From positions 4,127 to 68,126 of the forward strand of contig DPDV01000007.1 in NCBI GenBank assembly GCA_003534295.1: DNA of 64,000 bases. Reading direction: 5' to 3'. The stretch is from Clostridiales bacterium (GTDB lineage Bacteria; Bacillota; Clostridia; TANB77; CAG-508). The position numbers were made by a program, and so were the translations under genes. The notes beneath the pieces are model-generated. The model did no database searches, was not told where the DNA came from, and saw only the letters and a list, made by a program, of their open reading frames with translations. Below, piece by piece: positions 31,391 through 41,948 of this stretch. The stretch's first letter is position 1. Each line of letters opens with the position of its first letter.

Positions 31391-31617
31391 TCAACTCCTT
31401 TTCTACAAAAAAGGGGAGACAAAAGCATTAACAAGTAATACTCTTGACTCCTCTAAAATAATTATTATTTTTTATGTAATTAAAATAGTGCATAGTATCC
31501 CTCCAATAATAAAGACGATACTGCATGTCATTTATTGGTTTTATATAATACATTTTTATTTTAGATTTGTCAAGATTTTTAAATTAATATGGTATAATGG
31601 TTACAGAGGTGAGACTT

Positions 31618-32343
31618 ATGGATAACGCATTTTTAGGTTATGCTTGTGATGTTTTAGCTGATACAGGTAAAGGATTAACTGGGAGCGAAATAGTAAAGTA
31701 TTGTAATAGATTTGCCATAGATTACAATGTTAGAATACCAGTAGATGATGTCAAAATGTTACAAATGAATCATAAACCACAAATTCCTAATAAAAGAACT
31801 GCACTTAAAATGAATCTTGAAACATTTGAATTACAACAACAAATTGAAATAATTAGATTTTTATCAGAATTACCAAAATTAAAAGATAATGAAGATATAA
31901 AAGAATTAATTAATAAAATGAATGTAAGGTTTGGACTGAGTGATAATCAAGAACTAAAAAAAGGCATTAATGAGACAAAACATTGGCTTGAAAAATATCC
32001 AAAGTCTTTTAAAGTTTATAATGAAGCATTAGATAAATATGGTAAAGGTGTTTTTCAACGAAATGTTTTAGATGATATGAGATTATCACTTGAATTATTA
32101 TTAAAGGATTTACTTAATAATGATGCATCTTTAGAAAATCAATGGAAAATTTTAGGAAAAAGATTAAAAGATGAAAATGTTTCAAAAGAAATTAGTAATG
32201 TGTTTGAAAAAATATTAAGTTATTATGGCGATTATCAAAATCAATATATTAAACATAATGATAATGTTAAAGAAAATGAAATAGAATTAATAATCAGTCA
32301 AACAAATACTATTATGCAATTTTTAATTAAAACACTAAGTTAG
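31618..32343 (+). CDS. hypothetical protein
   Basis: About 240-aa ORF. Start assigned to MDNAFLGY. No recognisable domain. Confidence 0.4.
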   Translation: MDNAFLGYACDVLADTGKGLTGSEIVKYCNRFAIDYNVRIPVDDVKMLQMNHKPQIPNKRTALKMNLETFELQQQIEIIRFLSELPKLKDNEDIKELINKMNVRFGLSDNQELKKGINETKHWLEKYPKSFKVYNEALDKYGKGVFQRNVLDDMRLSLELLLKDLLNNDASLENQWKILGKRLKDENVSKEISNVFEKILSYYGDYQNQYIKHNDNVKENEIELIISQTNTIMQFLIKTLS

Positions 32344-32679
32344 TGTTTTTTTTAAGTAATCTTCTAATTCAGATAATTTAATCTTATTAGATAAGTTCTC
32401 AATGTATATCTCATTAGAATAATTAAAAGCAAGAAATGTAATATTATTAATGATTATTCTATGTGGTTCAACATAAGTTAAGTTAGTTCTATCAATCTTT
32501 CTTATACTACCATTTATGATTTTTAGAGTAGTATTAGAAAACGCACATATTAGTTCTAACTTCTTTTTTAATGATTCTTCAATAACAACTTCTTGCTTAA
32601 TAATATTTACCATAAATACCATCCTTTCTTTGTAGGATAGTCTTTGTATGACTTCCAAGCCTGACACGTGTGAGTCCAA
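32335..32679 (-). CDS. hypothetical protein
   Basis: 114-aa ORF convergent with the previous gene. Confidence 0.3.
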   Translation of the reverse strand: MDSHVSGLEVIQRLSYKERMVFMVNIIKQEVVIEESLKKKLELICAFSNTTLKIINGSIRKIDRTNLTYVEPHRIIINNITFLAFNYSNEIYIENLSNKIKLSELEDYLKKTLT

Positions 32680-32751
32680 TACACAAAAAAACTAACCCAA
32701 ACCTTGAGTTAGTTGTATTAAAAAAGCTCGAAAAGTTCGAGCGTATTTCCT

Positions 32752-32840
32752 TATGGAGCAAATCGCATACAAGTTACGAACTAAGTTCTCTTTCTAAAAA
32801 CATTATACATAAAGTTTTATTAAAATTCAATGGGAGTATA
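32752..32840 (+). repeat. family-2 terminal module copy 3 (left end of unit E3)
   Basis: TATGGAGCAAATCGCATACAAGTTACGAACTAAGTTCTCTTTCTAAAAACATTATACAT...CAATGGGAGTATA, followed by ATATAGTATAAT. Confidence 0.6.
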
Positions 32841-32978
32841 TGAAAATTTAATAAAATATAGTATAATTAGTTTTAAATGATATTTATTATGCCACTTCCG
32901 CGAAGTTTCGTGTATATATCTATCCTAACACTAAAATATGTATCATAAAATACTAAAATCTAGAGGAGTGAATTTAAA

Positions 32979-33974
32979 ATGATTAATAAAATAATTAATT
33001 TAGTAAACCCAGATAATAAAGATTTAAGTGAATTATCAAAAGATGAATTATTAGAATTATTAGTAAAGTTAAATAAGTGTTTAAGATGTCTGGATGAATC
33101 CGAAAATGTTCTTGAAGAAAATATGCTAGCAGGTGATTTAGTATCACCTACAAAAGAAGTTCAAATGAAAACACTTGAATATTTAACACAAAATATGTCA
33201 AAAGTTCCAGATAAAAAGGCAAGAGCAACAATGGTATATTATACATTGTTAAATTTACATATGTTTAGTGATGGTAATGGAAGAACATCAAGATTTATGT
33301 ATGATTTAATAAGTGGTGATTTAAATGAAGATAATATTTCATATTATTTTCATAAAAGTTCTAATAATACAACAAACCAAAATAATGATTTAGAAAAAAA
33401 TAAGGGAATATTAGATATATTTATTGCCAATCAAATACCAGATGAGTTAATTTCCAGTCAATTAGGATTTGTTCCTCAAGAAATATTAAAAAACTATAGT
33501 TGGATAACAGTTGGTCACACTAATACTAGTCCATCAACAGAAACAATAATTCCTAAATCTTCACTAGAAAATTTGACACAAAAAGAACTACAGGATTTAG
33601 ATAAAATTTTACACGATAGTTACGGTATGAAGTTATGTCCAAGTGGATTGGCGATGTTATATGTATCAAATAAAAAAGGGCAACTAAGTAAATGGATTGA
33701 CATAAATAAAAACCATATATCATCAATAAAAGGGCTTGAAAGAAGATTTAATTTTTCAATATACAAACATCCTGAAACGATAGCTGATTGGACTCCAGAT
33801 GATTTTAGAGAAGTTATAAATGTGGGTAATGCTGTTAAATATGCAAGGTTGAAGACTTTAATAGATGTTATTGCTCAACCTGAAAAATATATAAATCCAG
33901 ATTCAGGTAATACTTATTGTGATGATATACTTGGTATATCAAAAGCTAAAGAAGTTGGTAGGGTTGACAGGTAA
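32979..33974 (+). CDS. Fic-family protein (AMPylase-type motif)
   Basis: HMFSDGNGRTSR matches the Fic core HxFx(D/E)GNGRxxR. Confidence 0.7.
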   Translation: MINKIINLVNPDNKDLSELSKDELLELLVKLNKCLRCLDESENVLEENMLAGDLVSPTKEVQMKTLEYLTQNMSKVPDKKARATMVYYTLLNLHMFSDGNGRTSRFMYDLISGDLNEDNISYYFHKSSNNTTNQNNDLEKNKGILDIFIANQIPDELISSQLGFVPQEILKNYSWITVGHTNTSPSTETIIPKSSLENLTQKELQDLDKILHDSYGMKLCPSGLAMLYVSNKKGQLSKWIDINKNHISSIKGLERRFNFSIYKHPETIADWTPDDFREVINVGNAVKYARLKTLIDVIAQPEKYINPDSGNTYCDDILGISKAKEVGRVDR

Positions 33975-33983
33975 ATAACATTT

Positions 33984-34261
33984 AAAGAGGGTATGGGAAT
34001 TTCCCATATACGAATTTGTATGGGAGTACAAATTCAGTGCTGGCTAGCTAGCTAGTTAGACATATATTTTATTCACATATTCAAAAAAACTAAAAAGAGG
34101 ATTAAATTATTCTGATAATTTTTTCCTCTTTTTGGTCGTCAGTAGATACTCTTACATAAATACCACATCTCATAGTTTTCCTCCTTGAAAGAAAGAGAAC
34201 TTTTGAAGCTTTATATAAAATAAAAACTTACGAACTTTTAAGTCCGTAAGTTGATTTCAAA

Positions 34262-34268
<7 letters not shown>
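33984..34268 (+). repeat. family-1 terminal module copy C (with recombinase start stub on the minus strand at 34102-34173), directly abutting the tRNA-Gly 3' end
   Basis: Near-identical to 21583-21856 apart from a short CTAGCTAGTTAGACATATATT insert. Its terminal TGGAGCG is the CCA end of the tRNA at 34262-34335. Confidence 0.7.
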
Positions 34269-34335
<67 letters not shown>

Positions 34336-34405
34336 ACTTTGTTGTAGTAAATACAACAAGCTTATATATATTATAAAATATTAAATTAGTTTTTGCAATA
34401 ATTAA

Positions 34406-34894
34406 TTAATAACCTTTTGATTCTTCTAAACTTTCATCATTATCGATAAAATCTTGAATATCTATTATTCTAAAAGATTCTTTAGTATCTCTTACAATTA
34501 CTTGCTTTAATCCAGCATTTATTATCATTTTTTTACACAAGGCACAAGGATTAGCATTTTGAACATATGTATTATCATTATAATTTATACCTACCAAATA
34601 TAAAGTTCCATTAAGCATATCTTTTCTGCTAGCACTAATAATAGCATTTTGTTCTGCATGAACACTTCTACATAATTCATAACGTTCACCACGTGGAACT
34701 TGTAATTCTTCCCTTAAACATGATTTTAAATCACAGCAATTTTTGCGTCCTCTGGGTGCACCATTATAACCAGTAGAAATTATTTCATCATTTTTTACTA
34801 TAATTGCTCCAAAATTTCTTCTAATGCAAGTACTTCTTTTGGTAACAGTTTCTGCAATATCTAAATAATAGTTTATTTTATCAATTCTATCCAT
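34406..34894 (-). CDS. comEB: dCMP deaminase (ComEB-like cytidine/deoxycytidylate deaminase)
   Basis: HAEQNA zinc-binding motif and PCALCKKMI motif. 162 aa. Confidence 0.7.
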   Translation of the reverse strand: MDRIDKINYYLDIAETVTKRSTCIRRNFGAIIVKNDEIISTGYNGAPRGRKNCCDLKSCLREELQVPRGERYELCRSVHAEQNAIISASRKDMLNGTLYLVGINYNDNTYVQNANPCALCKKMIINAGLKQVIVRDTKESFRIIDIQDFIDNDESLEESKGY

Positions 34895-34998
34895 TACAAG
34901 ACCTCCTATTTAAAACTTTAAAATATTATATCATAAAAATTGAAAAAGAAATAGAAATATGATATATTAAACATATTAATGAAAAAAAGAGGGATAGA

Positions 34999-35865
34999 AT
35001 GAGTTTGTTATTTAACAATAATATTGAAAACACAAAGGTCTATGCATTTGTTGGGCCTTCTGGAACAGGAAAAAGTTATAGAGCGCAGATGGTGGCAAAT
35101 GAAAATGGAATAAGCTATATAATAGACGATGGACTTTTAATAAAGGAAAATAATGTCATAGCGGGAACGTCTGCAAAAAAGGCTCCTACTAAAATAGAAA
35201 CGGTTAAAAGAGCTATCTTTGTGAATGAACAGGAAAAGCAAGAAATGAAAAAAGCTATAAAAAAATACAAGCCAGAAGCAATTTTAATATTGGGTACTTC
35301 TGACGGAATGGTAGAAAAAATAGCAGAAAATTTGGGATTGCAAAAACCTGCAAAGACCATATATATAAATGAAGTCGCAACAGAAACGGAGATGCAAACC
35401 GCCAAAACAATAAGGAAGACAGAAGGAAAACACGTAATACCTGTGCCAACATTTGAAATAAAAAAAGATTTTTCAGGCTATATATTAGATCCGTTACAAA
35501 TATTTAAATCAAAGGGAAAAGGGAATGCACCATATATATCTGAAAAGTCAATAATAAGACCAACATTCAGCTATTTAGGAAATTTTGTAATATCAGATAC
35601 AGTTTTTAGACAGATTGCAGAATATTTGGCTAAAAGAACAGATGCAATAAATAAAATTATAAGAATTAGAGTAGAAAAAACACCGGAGGGACCGACAATT
35701 TATATGGAAGTGATTGTTACATATGGTTATAATGTATTAGTTGCGTTGCGAGAATTTAAAGAAAAAGTTATAAAGGAAATAGAAAAATTAACAACAATGA
35801 ACGTAGTTGATATTACGATTGTTGCAAAAGGTATATATATGCCTGAAGAAAAAAAAGATATTTAA
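34999..35865 (+). CDS. hypothetical protein with N-terminal P-loop (GPSGTGKS) and C-terminal Asp23/Gls24-like region
   Basis: Walker A near the N-terminus. The C-terminal ~100 aa resemble the alkaline-shock Asp23 family. Confidence 0.4.
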   Translation: MSLLFNNNIENTKVYAFVGPSGTGKSYRAQMVANENGISYIIDDGLLIKENNVIAGTSAKKAPTKIETVKRAIFVNEQEKQEMKKAIKKYKPEAILILGTSDGMVEKIAENLGLQKPAKTIYINEVATETEMQTAKTIRKTEGKHVIPVPTFEIKKDFSGYILDPLQIFKSKGKGNAPYISEKSIIRPTFSYLGNFVISDTVFRQIAEYLAKRTDAINKIIRIRVEKTPEGPTIYMEVIVTYGYNVLVALREFKEKVIKEIEKLTTMNVVDITIVAKGIYMPEEKKDI

Positions 35866-35889
35866 ATTAACGGAAAGGATAAGGTTATT

Positions 35890-36570
35890 ATGAGCTTTAT
35901 AGTTGCAATAGATGGACCAGCGGGAACTGGAAAGGGAACAATTACAAAATTAATTGCAAAAGACTTTGGACTTATTAATATAGATACGGGAGCGACATAT
36001 AGATGTGTTACATTAGAAATGATTAACCAAAATGTTTCTATAAACGAAAAAGATAAAATAATAAAAATATCAGAAACTATAAAAATAGATATAAAAAATA
36101 ATGAAGGCATACAAACTATTTTCCTAAATGGAGAAGATGTTACAGATAAAATAAGAAGTAAAGAAGTAACAGCTTTAGTTTCACAGGTCTCTGCTATAGT
36201 AGAAGTAAGGTTAAATATGGTAAAATTGCAAAGAAAATTAGCAGAAGGAAAAGATGTTATTATGGAAGGAAGAGACATTACAACATATGTATTTCCAAAT
36301 GCAGATGTAAAAATATATTTAGATGCAGATGTAAAAGAAAGAGCTAGAAGAAGGTATAAAGAAAACCTAGAAAAGGGCATAAATATGACCTATGAGGAAG
36401 TCTTAGAAAAAATAAAAATTAGAGATCATAATGACAGCAACAAAGAAATAGGTTCGTTAAAAATTGCAGAAGATGCTATAGTTATTGATACTACATATTT
36501 GACAATAGAACAAGTTAAAGAAAAAGTAGCTGATATAATAAATAAAGTAAAAGGAGGTCAACAATGTTAA
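35890..36570 (+). CDS. cmk: cytidylate kinase
   Basis: IAIDGPAGTGKGTITKLIA P-loop. 226 aa. Confidence 0.9.
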   Translation: MSFIVAIDGPAGTGKGTITKLIAKDFGLINIDTGATYRCVTLEMINQNVSINEKDKIIKISETIKIDIKNNEGIQTIFLNGEDVTDKIRSKEVTALVSQVSAIVEVRLNMVKLQRKLAEGKDVIMEGRDITTYVFPNADVKIYLDADVKERARRRYKENLEKGINMTYEEVLEKIKIRDHNDSNKEIGSLKIAEDAIVIDTTYLTIEQVKEKVADIINKVKGGQQC

Positions 36571-37151
36571 GAAAAATAGTTATTTTTCTGGTATATATAT
36601 TTAATCTTGTAGTATTTAGAGTAGAAAAAAATGGAGAAGAAAATATAAAGGAAAAAGGGGCATATTTGATATGTGCTAATCATAGGTCAAACTGGGATGC
36701 ACCAATATTGGTATCAAATTTAAAAAGAAAAGTATATGTAATGGCAAAAGCAGAATTATTTAAAAATAAATTCATTAAATGGTTTGGCAGAAAGTGTTGT
36801 GTATTTCCTGTTAAAAGGGGAATGAGAGATATAGAGTCTATAAAGTATTCATTAAATTTATTAAAAGATGGGGAAATATTGGTTATATTTCCAGAAGGAA
36901 CAAGAAATGGAATGGAGAAAAATGGAAAAGCACAAAATGGAGTGGCCTATATGGCGATAAGAACAGGAGTTCCGGTAATCCCAGTTGGAATTCATGGAGA
37001 GATGAAGCCTTTTAAAAAAGTAAAATTAAATATAGGGGAACCATTGGACTTTAGCCAGTATAAAACAAATAAACCTGAAAAAGAAATACTAGATAAGGTA
37101 AGCAAAGAAATAATGGATAACATAATTATGTTGACAAATGAAAAGAAATAG
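36564..37151 (+). CDS. plsC: 1-acyl-sn-glycerol-3-phosphate acyltransferase
   Basis: HRSNWD (HxxxxD) and FPEGTR motifs. Confidence 0.75.
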   Translation: MLRKIVIFLVYIFNLVVFRVEKNGEENIKEKGAYLICANHRSNWDAPILVSNLKRKVYVMAKAELFKNKFIKWFGRKCCVFPVKRGMRDIESIKYSLNLLKDGEILVIFPEGTRNGMEKNGKAQNGVAYMAIRTGVPVIPVGIHGEMKPFKKVKLNIGEPLDFSQYKTNKPEKEILDKVSKEIMDNIIMLTNEKK

Positions 37152-37217
37152 GGTAAAATATAAGGGTTAGTAATATAGAAATTAACATAAAAATACGAAG
37201 AAAAGAGAAGGGGAAAA

Positions 37218-39035
37218 ATGATAAACGAAAACATAAGAAATATAGCAATTATAGCACACGTAGACCATGGCAAAACAACACTTGTAGATGCACTTTTAAA
37301 ACAAAGCCATATATTTAGAGAAAATGAGCAAGTACAAGAAAGAGTAATGGATTCAAATGATTTGGAGAAAGAAAGAGGAATAACAATTCTTTCTAAAAAC
37401 ACATCCGTAATGTACAAAGACATCAAAATTAATATAGTAGATACACCAGGACATGCTGACTTTGGAGGAGAAGTTGAACGTGTTTTAAAAATGGTTGATG
37501 GTGTACTTTTATTGGTGGATGCTTTTGAAGGCCCAATGCCTCAAACAAGAGAAGTATTAAAAAAATCTCTTGCATTAAATTTAAAACCAATAGTAGTAAT
37601 TAATAAAATAGATAGACCAGGTGCAAATCCACTAAAAGTAGTTGACCAAGTATTAGAATTATTTATAGAATTAAACGCAACAGATGAACAACTAGATTTT
37701 CCAGTTGTTTATGCATCTGCAAAAAATGGAATTGCAAAAATGAACTTAGACGAAGAAAGCGATAATGTAAATTGCATTTTTGAGACCATAATAAATAATA
37801 TTGAGCCTCCAAAATGTGATATAGATGGAACAATGCAAATGTTAGTATCAAATATAGACTATGATGAATATTTAGGAAGGATAGCAGTAGGAAGAGTAGA
37901 GAGAGGAACAATAAACAATGGAACAACAGTAGCTGTTTGCAAAAAGGATAAAACAGAACAAGGCAAAATAGCAAAATTATTTACATATGTAGGATTAAAG
38001 AGAACAGAGGTTGAAAATGTTTCTGCAGGGGATATAGTTTGTCTATCAGGTATTTCGGATATAAACATAGGGGATACAATTTGTGATGTAAATAATCCAG
38101 AAAAAATAGATTTTGTAGATATAGATGAACCAACAGTATCTATGACATTTAGTGTAAACAATGGTCCATTTGCAGGAAAAGAAGGTCAATTTGTAACCTC
38201 AAGACATATAAGAGATAGATTATTTAAAGAGCTAGAAAGAAATGTTAGTTTAAGAGTAAAAGAAACAGATTCTGCAGATAGTTTTGAGGTTTGCGGTCGT
38301 GGAGAATTGCACTTATCTGTTTTAATAGAGACTATGAGGAGAGAAGGTTTTGAATTATTAGTTTCTAGACCAAAAGTAATAATAAAGGAAATAGATGGAG
38401 TTAAATGTGAGCCTATGGAAAGACTTGTAGTTAACGTTCCAGATGAATGCATAGGTAATGTTATAGAAAAATTGGGAAGAAGAAAAGCAGAAATGCTTAA
38501 TATGGAACCAGCAGAAGTTGGACATACAAAGGTAGAATTTAAAGTTCCTGCTAGAGGGTTAATTGGTTATAGAACAGAATTCTTAACAGATACAAAAGGT
38601 GTAGGAACAATGAATAGTATTTTTGACTGCTATGAGCCATATAAAGGTGAAATACAAGCAAGAACAAGAGGAGTACTTGTGGCATTTGAACAAGGAACAT
38701 CAATAACATATGGATTATATAATGCTCAAGAAAGAGGAGAGTTGTTTATAGGACCAGGTGTTGATGTATATGAAGGAATGATAGTAGGCATAAATTCTAG
38801 AAATGAGGATATATCAATAAATGTATGCAAAGAAAAACACCTAACTAATACAAGGGCTTCTGGTTCAGATGACGCTTTACGTTTAGTGCCACCAATTCAG
38901 TTATCACTAGAAAAAGCAATAGAATTTATAGAAGAAGATGAGTTAGTGGAAGTTACACCAAAAAGCTTAAGACTAAGAAAGAAAATATTAGATAATAAGA
39001 CAAGAGAAAGAATGGCGGCAAGAGCAAAGAAATGA
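37218..39035 (+). CDS. typA: translational GTPase TypA/BipA
   Basis: IAIIAHVDHGKTTLVDALL G1 motif, DTPGHADF G3 motif, 605 aa. Confidence 0.9.
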   Translation: MINENIRNIAIIAHVDHGKTTLVDALLKQSHIFRENEQVQERVMDSNDLEKERGITILSKNTSVMYKDIKINIVDTPGHADFGGEVERVLKMVDGVLLLVDAFEGPMPQTREVLKKSLALNLKPIVVINKIDRPGANPLKVVDQVLELFIELNATDEQLDFPVVYASAKNGIAKMNLDEESDNVNCIFETIINNIEPPKCDIDGTMQMLVSNIDYDEYLGRIAVGRVERGTINNGTTVAVCKKDKTEQGKIAKLFTYVGLKRTEVENVSAGDIVCLSGISDINIGDTICDVNNPEKIDFVDIDEPTVSMTFSVNNGPFAGKEGQFVTSRHIRDRLFKELERNVSLRVKETDSADSFEVCGRGELHLSVLIETMRREGFELLVSRPKVIIKEIDGVKCEPMERLVVNVPDECIGNVIEKLGRRKAEMLNMEPAEVGHTKVEFKVPARGLIGYRTEFLTDTKGVGTMNSIFDCYEPYKGEIQARTRGVLVAFEQGTSITYGLYNAQERGELFIGPGVDVYEGMIVGINSRNEDISINVCKEKHLTNTRASGSDDALRLVPPIQLSLEKAIEFIEEDELVEVTPKSLRLRKKILDNKTRERMAARAKK

Positions 39036-39095
39036 TAGTGTAAAGTAATCCATGAAAAATATAGGGGCGATTTTAATCGCCCGCACTTCAAAGAA
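39032..39095 (+). promoter_or_regulatory. copy B of the repeated promoter-plus-hairpin leader motif
   Basis: ATGATAGTGTAAAGTAATCCATGAAAAATATAGGGGCGATTTTAATCGCCCGCACTTCAAAGAAATA, immediately before the RBS of ORF 39107. Confidence 0.4.
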
Positions 39096-39106
39096 ATAAA
39101 GGAGGA

Positions 39107-39481
39107 ATGAGAATGAGTAAAAAAGGCTTTCATGGGAATGGGAGATATTATTATGAAAACGGATATCGTTCAAAAAAAGCAGTGAGAGACACTTATCCAG
39201 AAGGAAATGATGAAGAAATTCGTGGAATTAATAAAGTAAGAGATGAACTTATGCGAAAAATTGATAGTGTAACAAGAGCTTATGCAAGTAAGTGTGCAGG
39301 AAGAATGTTAAGTGATGTGGTTAATGAGATATATGGTATATTTGCAGAAGAATGTGAGAAACATAGAGAAGCTGGTTATGTAGAATCCGTTAGCGAAGAA
39401 ATAATTAAAAATAGAATAAAAGATGTATTAATTAGAGAATATAATAAGCTAAATGCTAGTGGAGAGCATGATGAAAGATAG
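39107..39481 (+). CDS. hypothetical protein
   Basis: 124-aa ORF with an AAGGAGG RBS. No recognised domain. Confidence 0.4.
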   Translation: MRMSKKGFHGNGRYYYENGYRSKKAVRDTYPEGNDEEIRGINKVRDELMRKIDSVTRAYASKCAGRMLSDVVNEIYGIFAEECEKHREAGYVESVSEEIIKNRIKDVLIREYNKLNASGEHDER

Positions 39482-40046
39482 CATTAAGCAGAAAGCTTTG
39501 GAAAACCATATTCCAATATTAATGGATGATACATTAGAAGTTATAGCCAAGATATTAAAACAGAATAATCCCAAAAGCATATTGGAAATAGGAACTGCTG
39601 TGGGTTATTCTGCAATATGCTTTTCTGAGTTTCTTACAGAAGGTGGAAAAATAGATACAATAGAGAGAGATGTTCAAAGAGCAGAAGAGGCGATTGAGAA
39701 CATAAAACAAGTTGGGGTAGAAGATAAAATAAATGTAATAATAGGTGATGCTGTAGATATTCTCCCTACACTAAACAATAAATATGATATTGTTTTTATT
39801 GATGCTGCAAAAGGAAAGTATCCATTTTTCCTAGAACAAGCTATTAGAATGGTTAATAAAAATGGAATAATAATAGCAGATAATGTTTTATATAAAGGCT
39901 ATGTATTGGGCGATTATAACAAACATAAGCAACGAACAGCAGTAAGAAACTTAAGAGAGTATATATATAAAATAACAAATACCCCTAATATTCAAACAGA
40001 AATATTAGAGGTAGGAGATGGATTAGCTATTTCTAAAATGATTTAA
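39468..40046 (+). CDS. class I SAM-dependent O-methyltransferase (YrrM/TrmR-like)
   Basis: LEIGTAVGYS SAM-binding motif I and the DIVFIDAAKGKY motif typical of the caffeoyl-CoA-OMT-like family. Confidence 0.65.
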   Translation: MMKDSIKQKALENHIPILMDDTLEVIAKILKQNNPKSILEIGTAVGYSAICFSEFLTEGGKIDTIERDVQRAEEAIENIKQVGVEDKINVIIGDAVDILPTLNNKYDIVFIDAAKGKYPFFLEQAIRMVNKNGIIIADNVLYKGYVLGDYNKHKQRTAVRNLREYIYKITNTPNIQTEILEVGDGLAISKMI

Positions 40047-40582
40047 ATAATATATCGTATACAAGAAAGGACGGTGTCTGCTATAAAAACAACCAAAACA
40101 GTTGATATAGCAGTCACTTGAATTTTATGTGGGATTTTTGCTAAAATTAAATTGACATGTTTTTTTATAAAAGGATACAAATGATTTATAAAAAGTATAG
40201 CAATAAACCCCCATGCAAATGCGTGAAAAATACTAATACGACCATTTATATTTAAAAAGCGCTCAGAATAGTCCCACCATTTTAAACCGAATAAAGCATC
40301 CAAACCAAAACTTACAATATATTCGAAAAAAGTGAATATAGCAACTGAAGAAAAAAATAACTTTATTGAATTTTTTCTATATTTACTTAAAATTATTATT
40401 AAAATTAATGCACCATATCCATAAATAGGGCATATTGGACCATATAAAAAGCCTCTTTTAGAAAAATAGCCCATTACATAAGCACAATAAAAGGTTTCCA
40501 TTATCCAACCCAATAATGCAAATGTAAAAAAATAGATTATGTATATGTAATGCCTAGATAGTTTTTTATTATTAATTTCCAT
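40043..40582 (-). CDS. polytopic membrane protein (DUF1113-like)
   Basis: 179 aa with 5-6 TM segments. Confidence 0.4.
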   Translation of the reverse strand: MEINNKKLSRHYIYIIYFFTFALLGWIMETFYCAYVMGYFSKRGFLYGPICPIYGYGALILIIILSKYRKNSIKLFFSSVAIFTFFEYIVSFGLDALFGLKWWDYSERFLNINGRISIFHAFAWGFIAILFINHLYPFIKKHVNLILAKIPHKIQVTAISTVLVVFIADTVLSCIRYII

Positions 40583-40717
40583 ATATAATGCTCCTTTAAC
40601 ATTAATATAATAACAGATTATACTAAAAAAGTAAAATAAATTTATGAAAATTATGAAATGATTTATAATTATTTAAGTAATAATTATGGATTGATGAAAG
40701 GAATGATGGTTAATATG

Positions 40718-41944
40718 AAAAAAGTAGAATTATTGGCTCCGGCAGGTTCTTTTGAAAAGGCTAAAACAGCTTTTTTATACGGCGCAGACGCTGTTTATTG
40801 CGGAACAGGAAGTCTGTCACTAAGAAGTAGATCAGAAGTGAATGATAATGAATTAGCAAAAACGATACAATACGCACATAGTATAGGCAAAAAAGTTTAT
40901 GCGGCAATTAATATTTATGCTTGGGATAGTTATTATGATGAAATAAAAAAACAAGCCAAAATGCTAAATGAATTGAAAGTAGACGGAATTATTGCTTCAG
41001 ATGGAGGAGTAATTGATGTTATAAAAAAAGAAGCACCAGATATAGACATACATATAAGTACACAAGCAAATACGGTTAGTTATCATAGTGCAAATTTTTG
41101 GCATAAAAATGGTGCTAAAAGAGTAATTTTGGGAAGAGAATTAAACAAAGAACAAATTAAGGAAATAATAAAAAATAAAGAAGCGGGATTGGAAGTAGAA
41201 ATATTTGTACATGGAGCAATTTGCTTTGGATATTCTGGTAGGTGTTTTTTAAGTGACTTTTTAGCAAGTAGAAGTGCAAATTTAGGTGATTGTGCACAAA
41301 GTTGCAGATGGGCATATAATGTGTATGTAGAAGAAAACAATAACCCAGGAAATTTGATGCCTGTAGAACACGATGAAAAGGGAACATATATATTTTCATC
41401 AAAGGATTTATGTTTGATAAAAGAAATTCCAGAAATAATAGATATGGGAGTAGAAAGTCTAAAAATTGAAGGAAGATTAAAAACAGAATATTATTTAGCC
41501 TCAGTAGTTAATGCATACAGAAATGCTATAGATGATTATATGAAAAATCCAAATGAATATGATTATAATAAATATTTAAAAGAGCTGGAAAAAACTAAAA
41601 CAAGGGGATTAACAACATTTTATTTTAATGACAGAAATAATAAGGATTTTCAAGAATATGATGGAAAGCAATACAATCCTAACTTTGAATTTGGAGGAAA
41701 GGTATTAGAAAACCAAGCAAATAAAACATTAATAGAAATACGCAATAAATTAAGTATAGGAGATAAAATGGAAATATTAATTCCAGGAAAAATAGAAGTT
41801 GAAGAGTTTACCATACAAAAAATGTGGGATTCTGATACTGAAGAAGAGATTACAACCGTAAATCCAGGGAAACAAGGACAAACTGTAAAATTAGAACTGC
41901 CAATTGAAGCAAAAACAGGATGGATATTAAGAAGAAGAAAATAA
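40718..41944 (+). CDS. U32-family peptidase
   Basis: MKKVELLAPAGSFEKAKTAFLYGADAVY N-terminus and the ExHGAxC motif (EIFVHGAICFGYSGRC) of peptidase U32. Confidence 0.75.
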   Translation, partial: KKVELLAPAGSFEKAKTAFLYGADAVYCGTGSLSLRSRSEVNDNELAKTIQYAHSIGKKVYAAINIYAWDSYYDEIKKQAKMLNELKVDGIIASDGGVIDVIKKEAPDIDIHISTQANTVSYHSANFWHKNGAKRVILGRELNKEQIKEIIKNKEAGLEVEIFVHGAICFGYSGRCFLSDFLASRSANLGDCAQSCRWAYNVYVEENNNPGNLMPVEHDEKGTYIFSSKDLCLIKEIPEIIDMGVESLKIEGRLKTEYYLASVVNAYRNAIDDYMKNPNEYDYNKYLKELEKTKTRGLTTFYFNDRNNKDFQEYDGKQYNPNFEFGGKVLENQANKTLIEIRNKLSIGDKMEILIPGKIEVEEFTIQKMWDSDTEEEITTVNPGKQGQTVKLELPIEAKTGWILRRRK

Positions 41945-41948
41945 AATA

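Noticed and set aside
35115-38452. Multiple antisense ORFs within the P-loop/Asp23, cmk, plsC and typA genes
   Set aside because: They lie opposite well-supported conserved genes and have low-complexity translations.
39032-39095. Leader motif considered as a known small riboswitch class (preQ1-I, guanidine-II/mini-ykkC, fluoride)
   Set aside because: The loop and flanking consensus do not match. The hairpin loop is UUUA, not ACGR, and the motif lacks the preQ1 or crcB conserved cores. It is kept as an unclassified structured leader.
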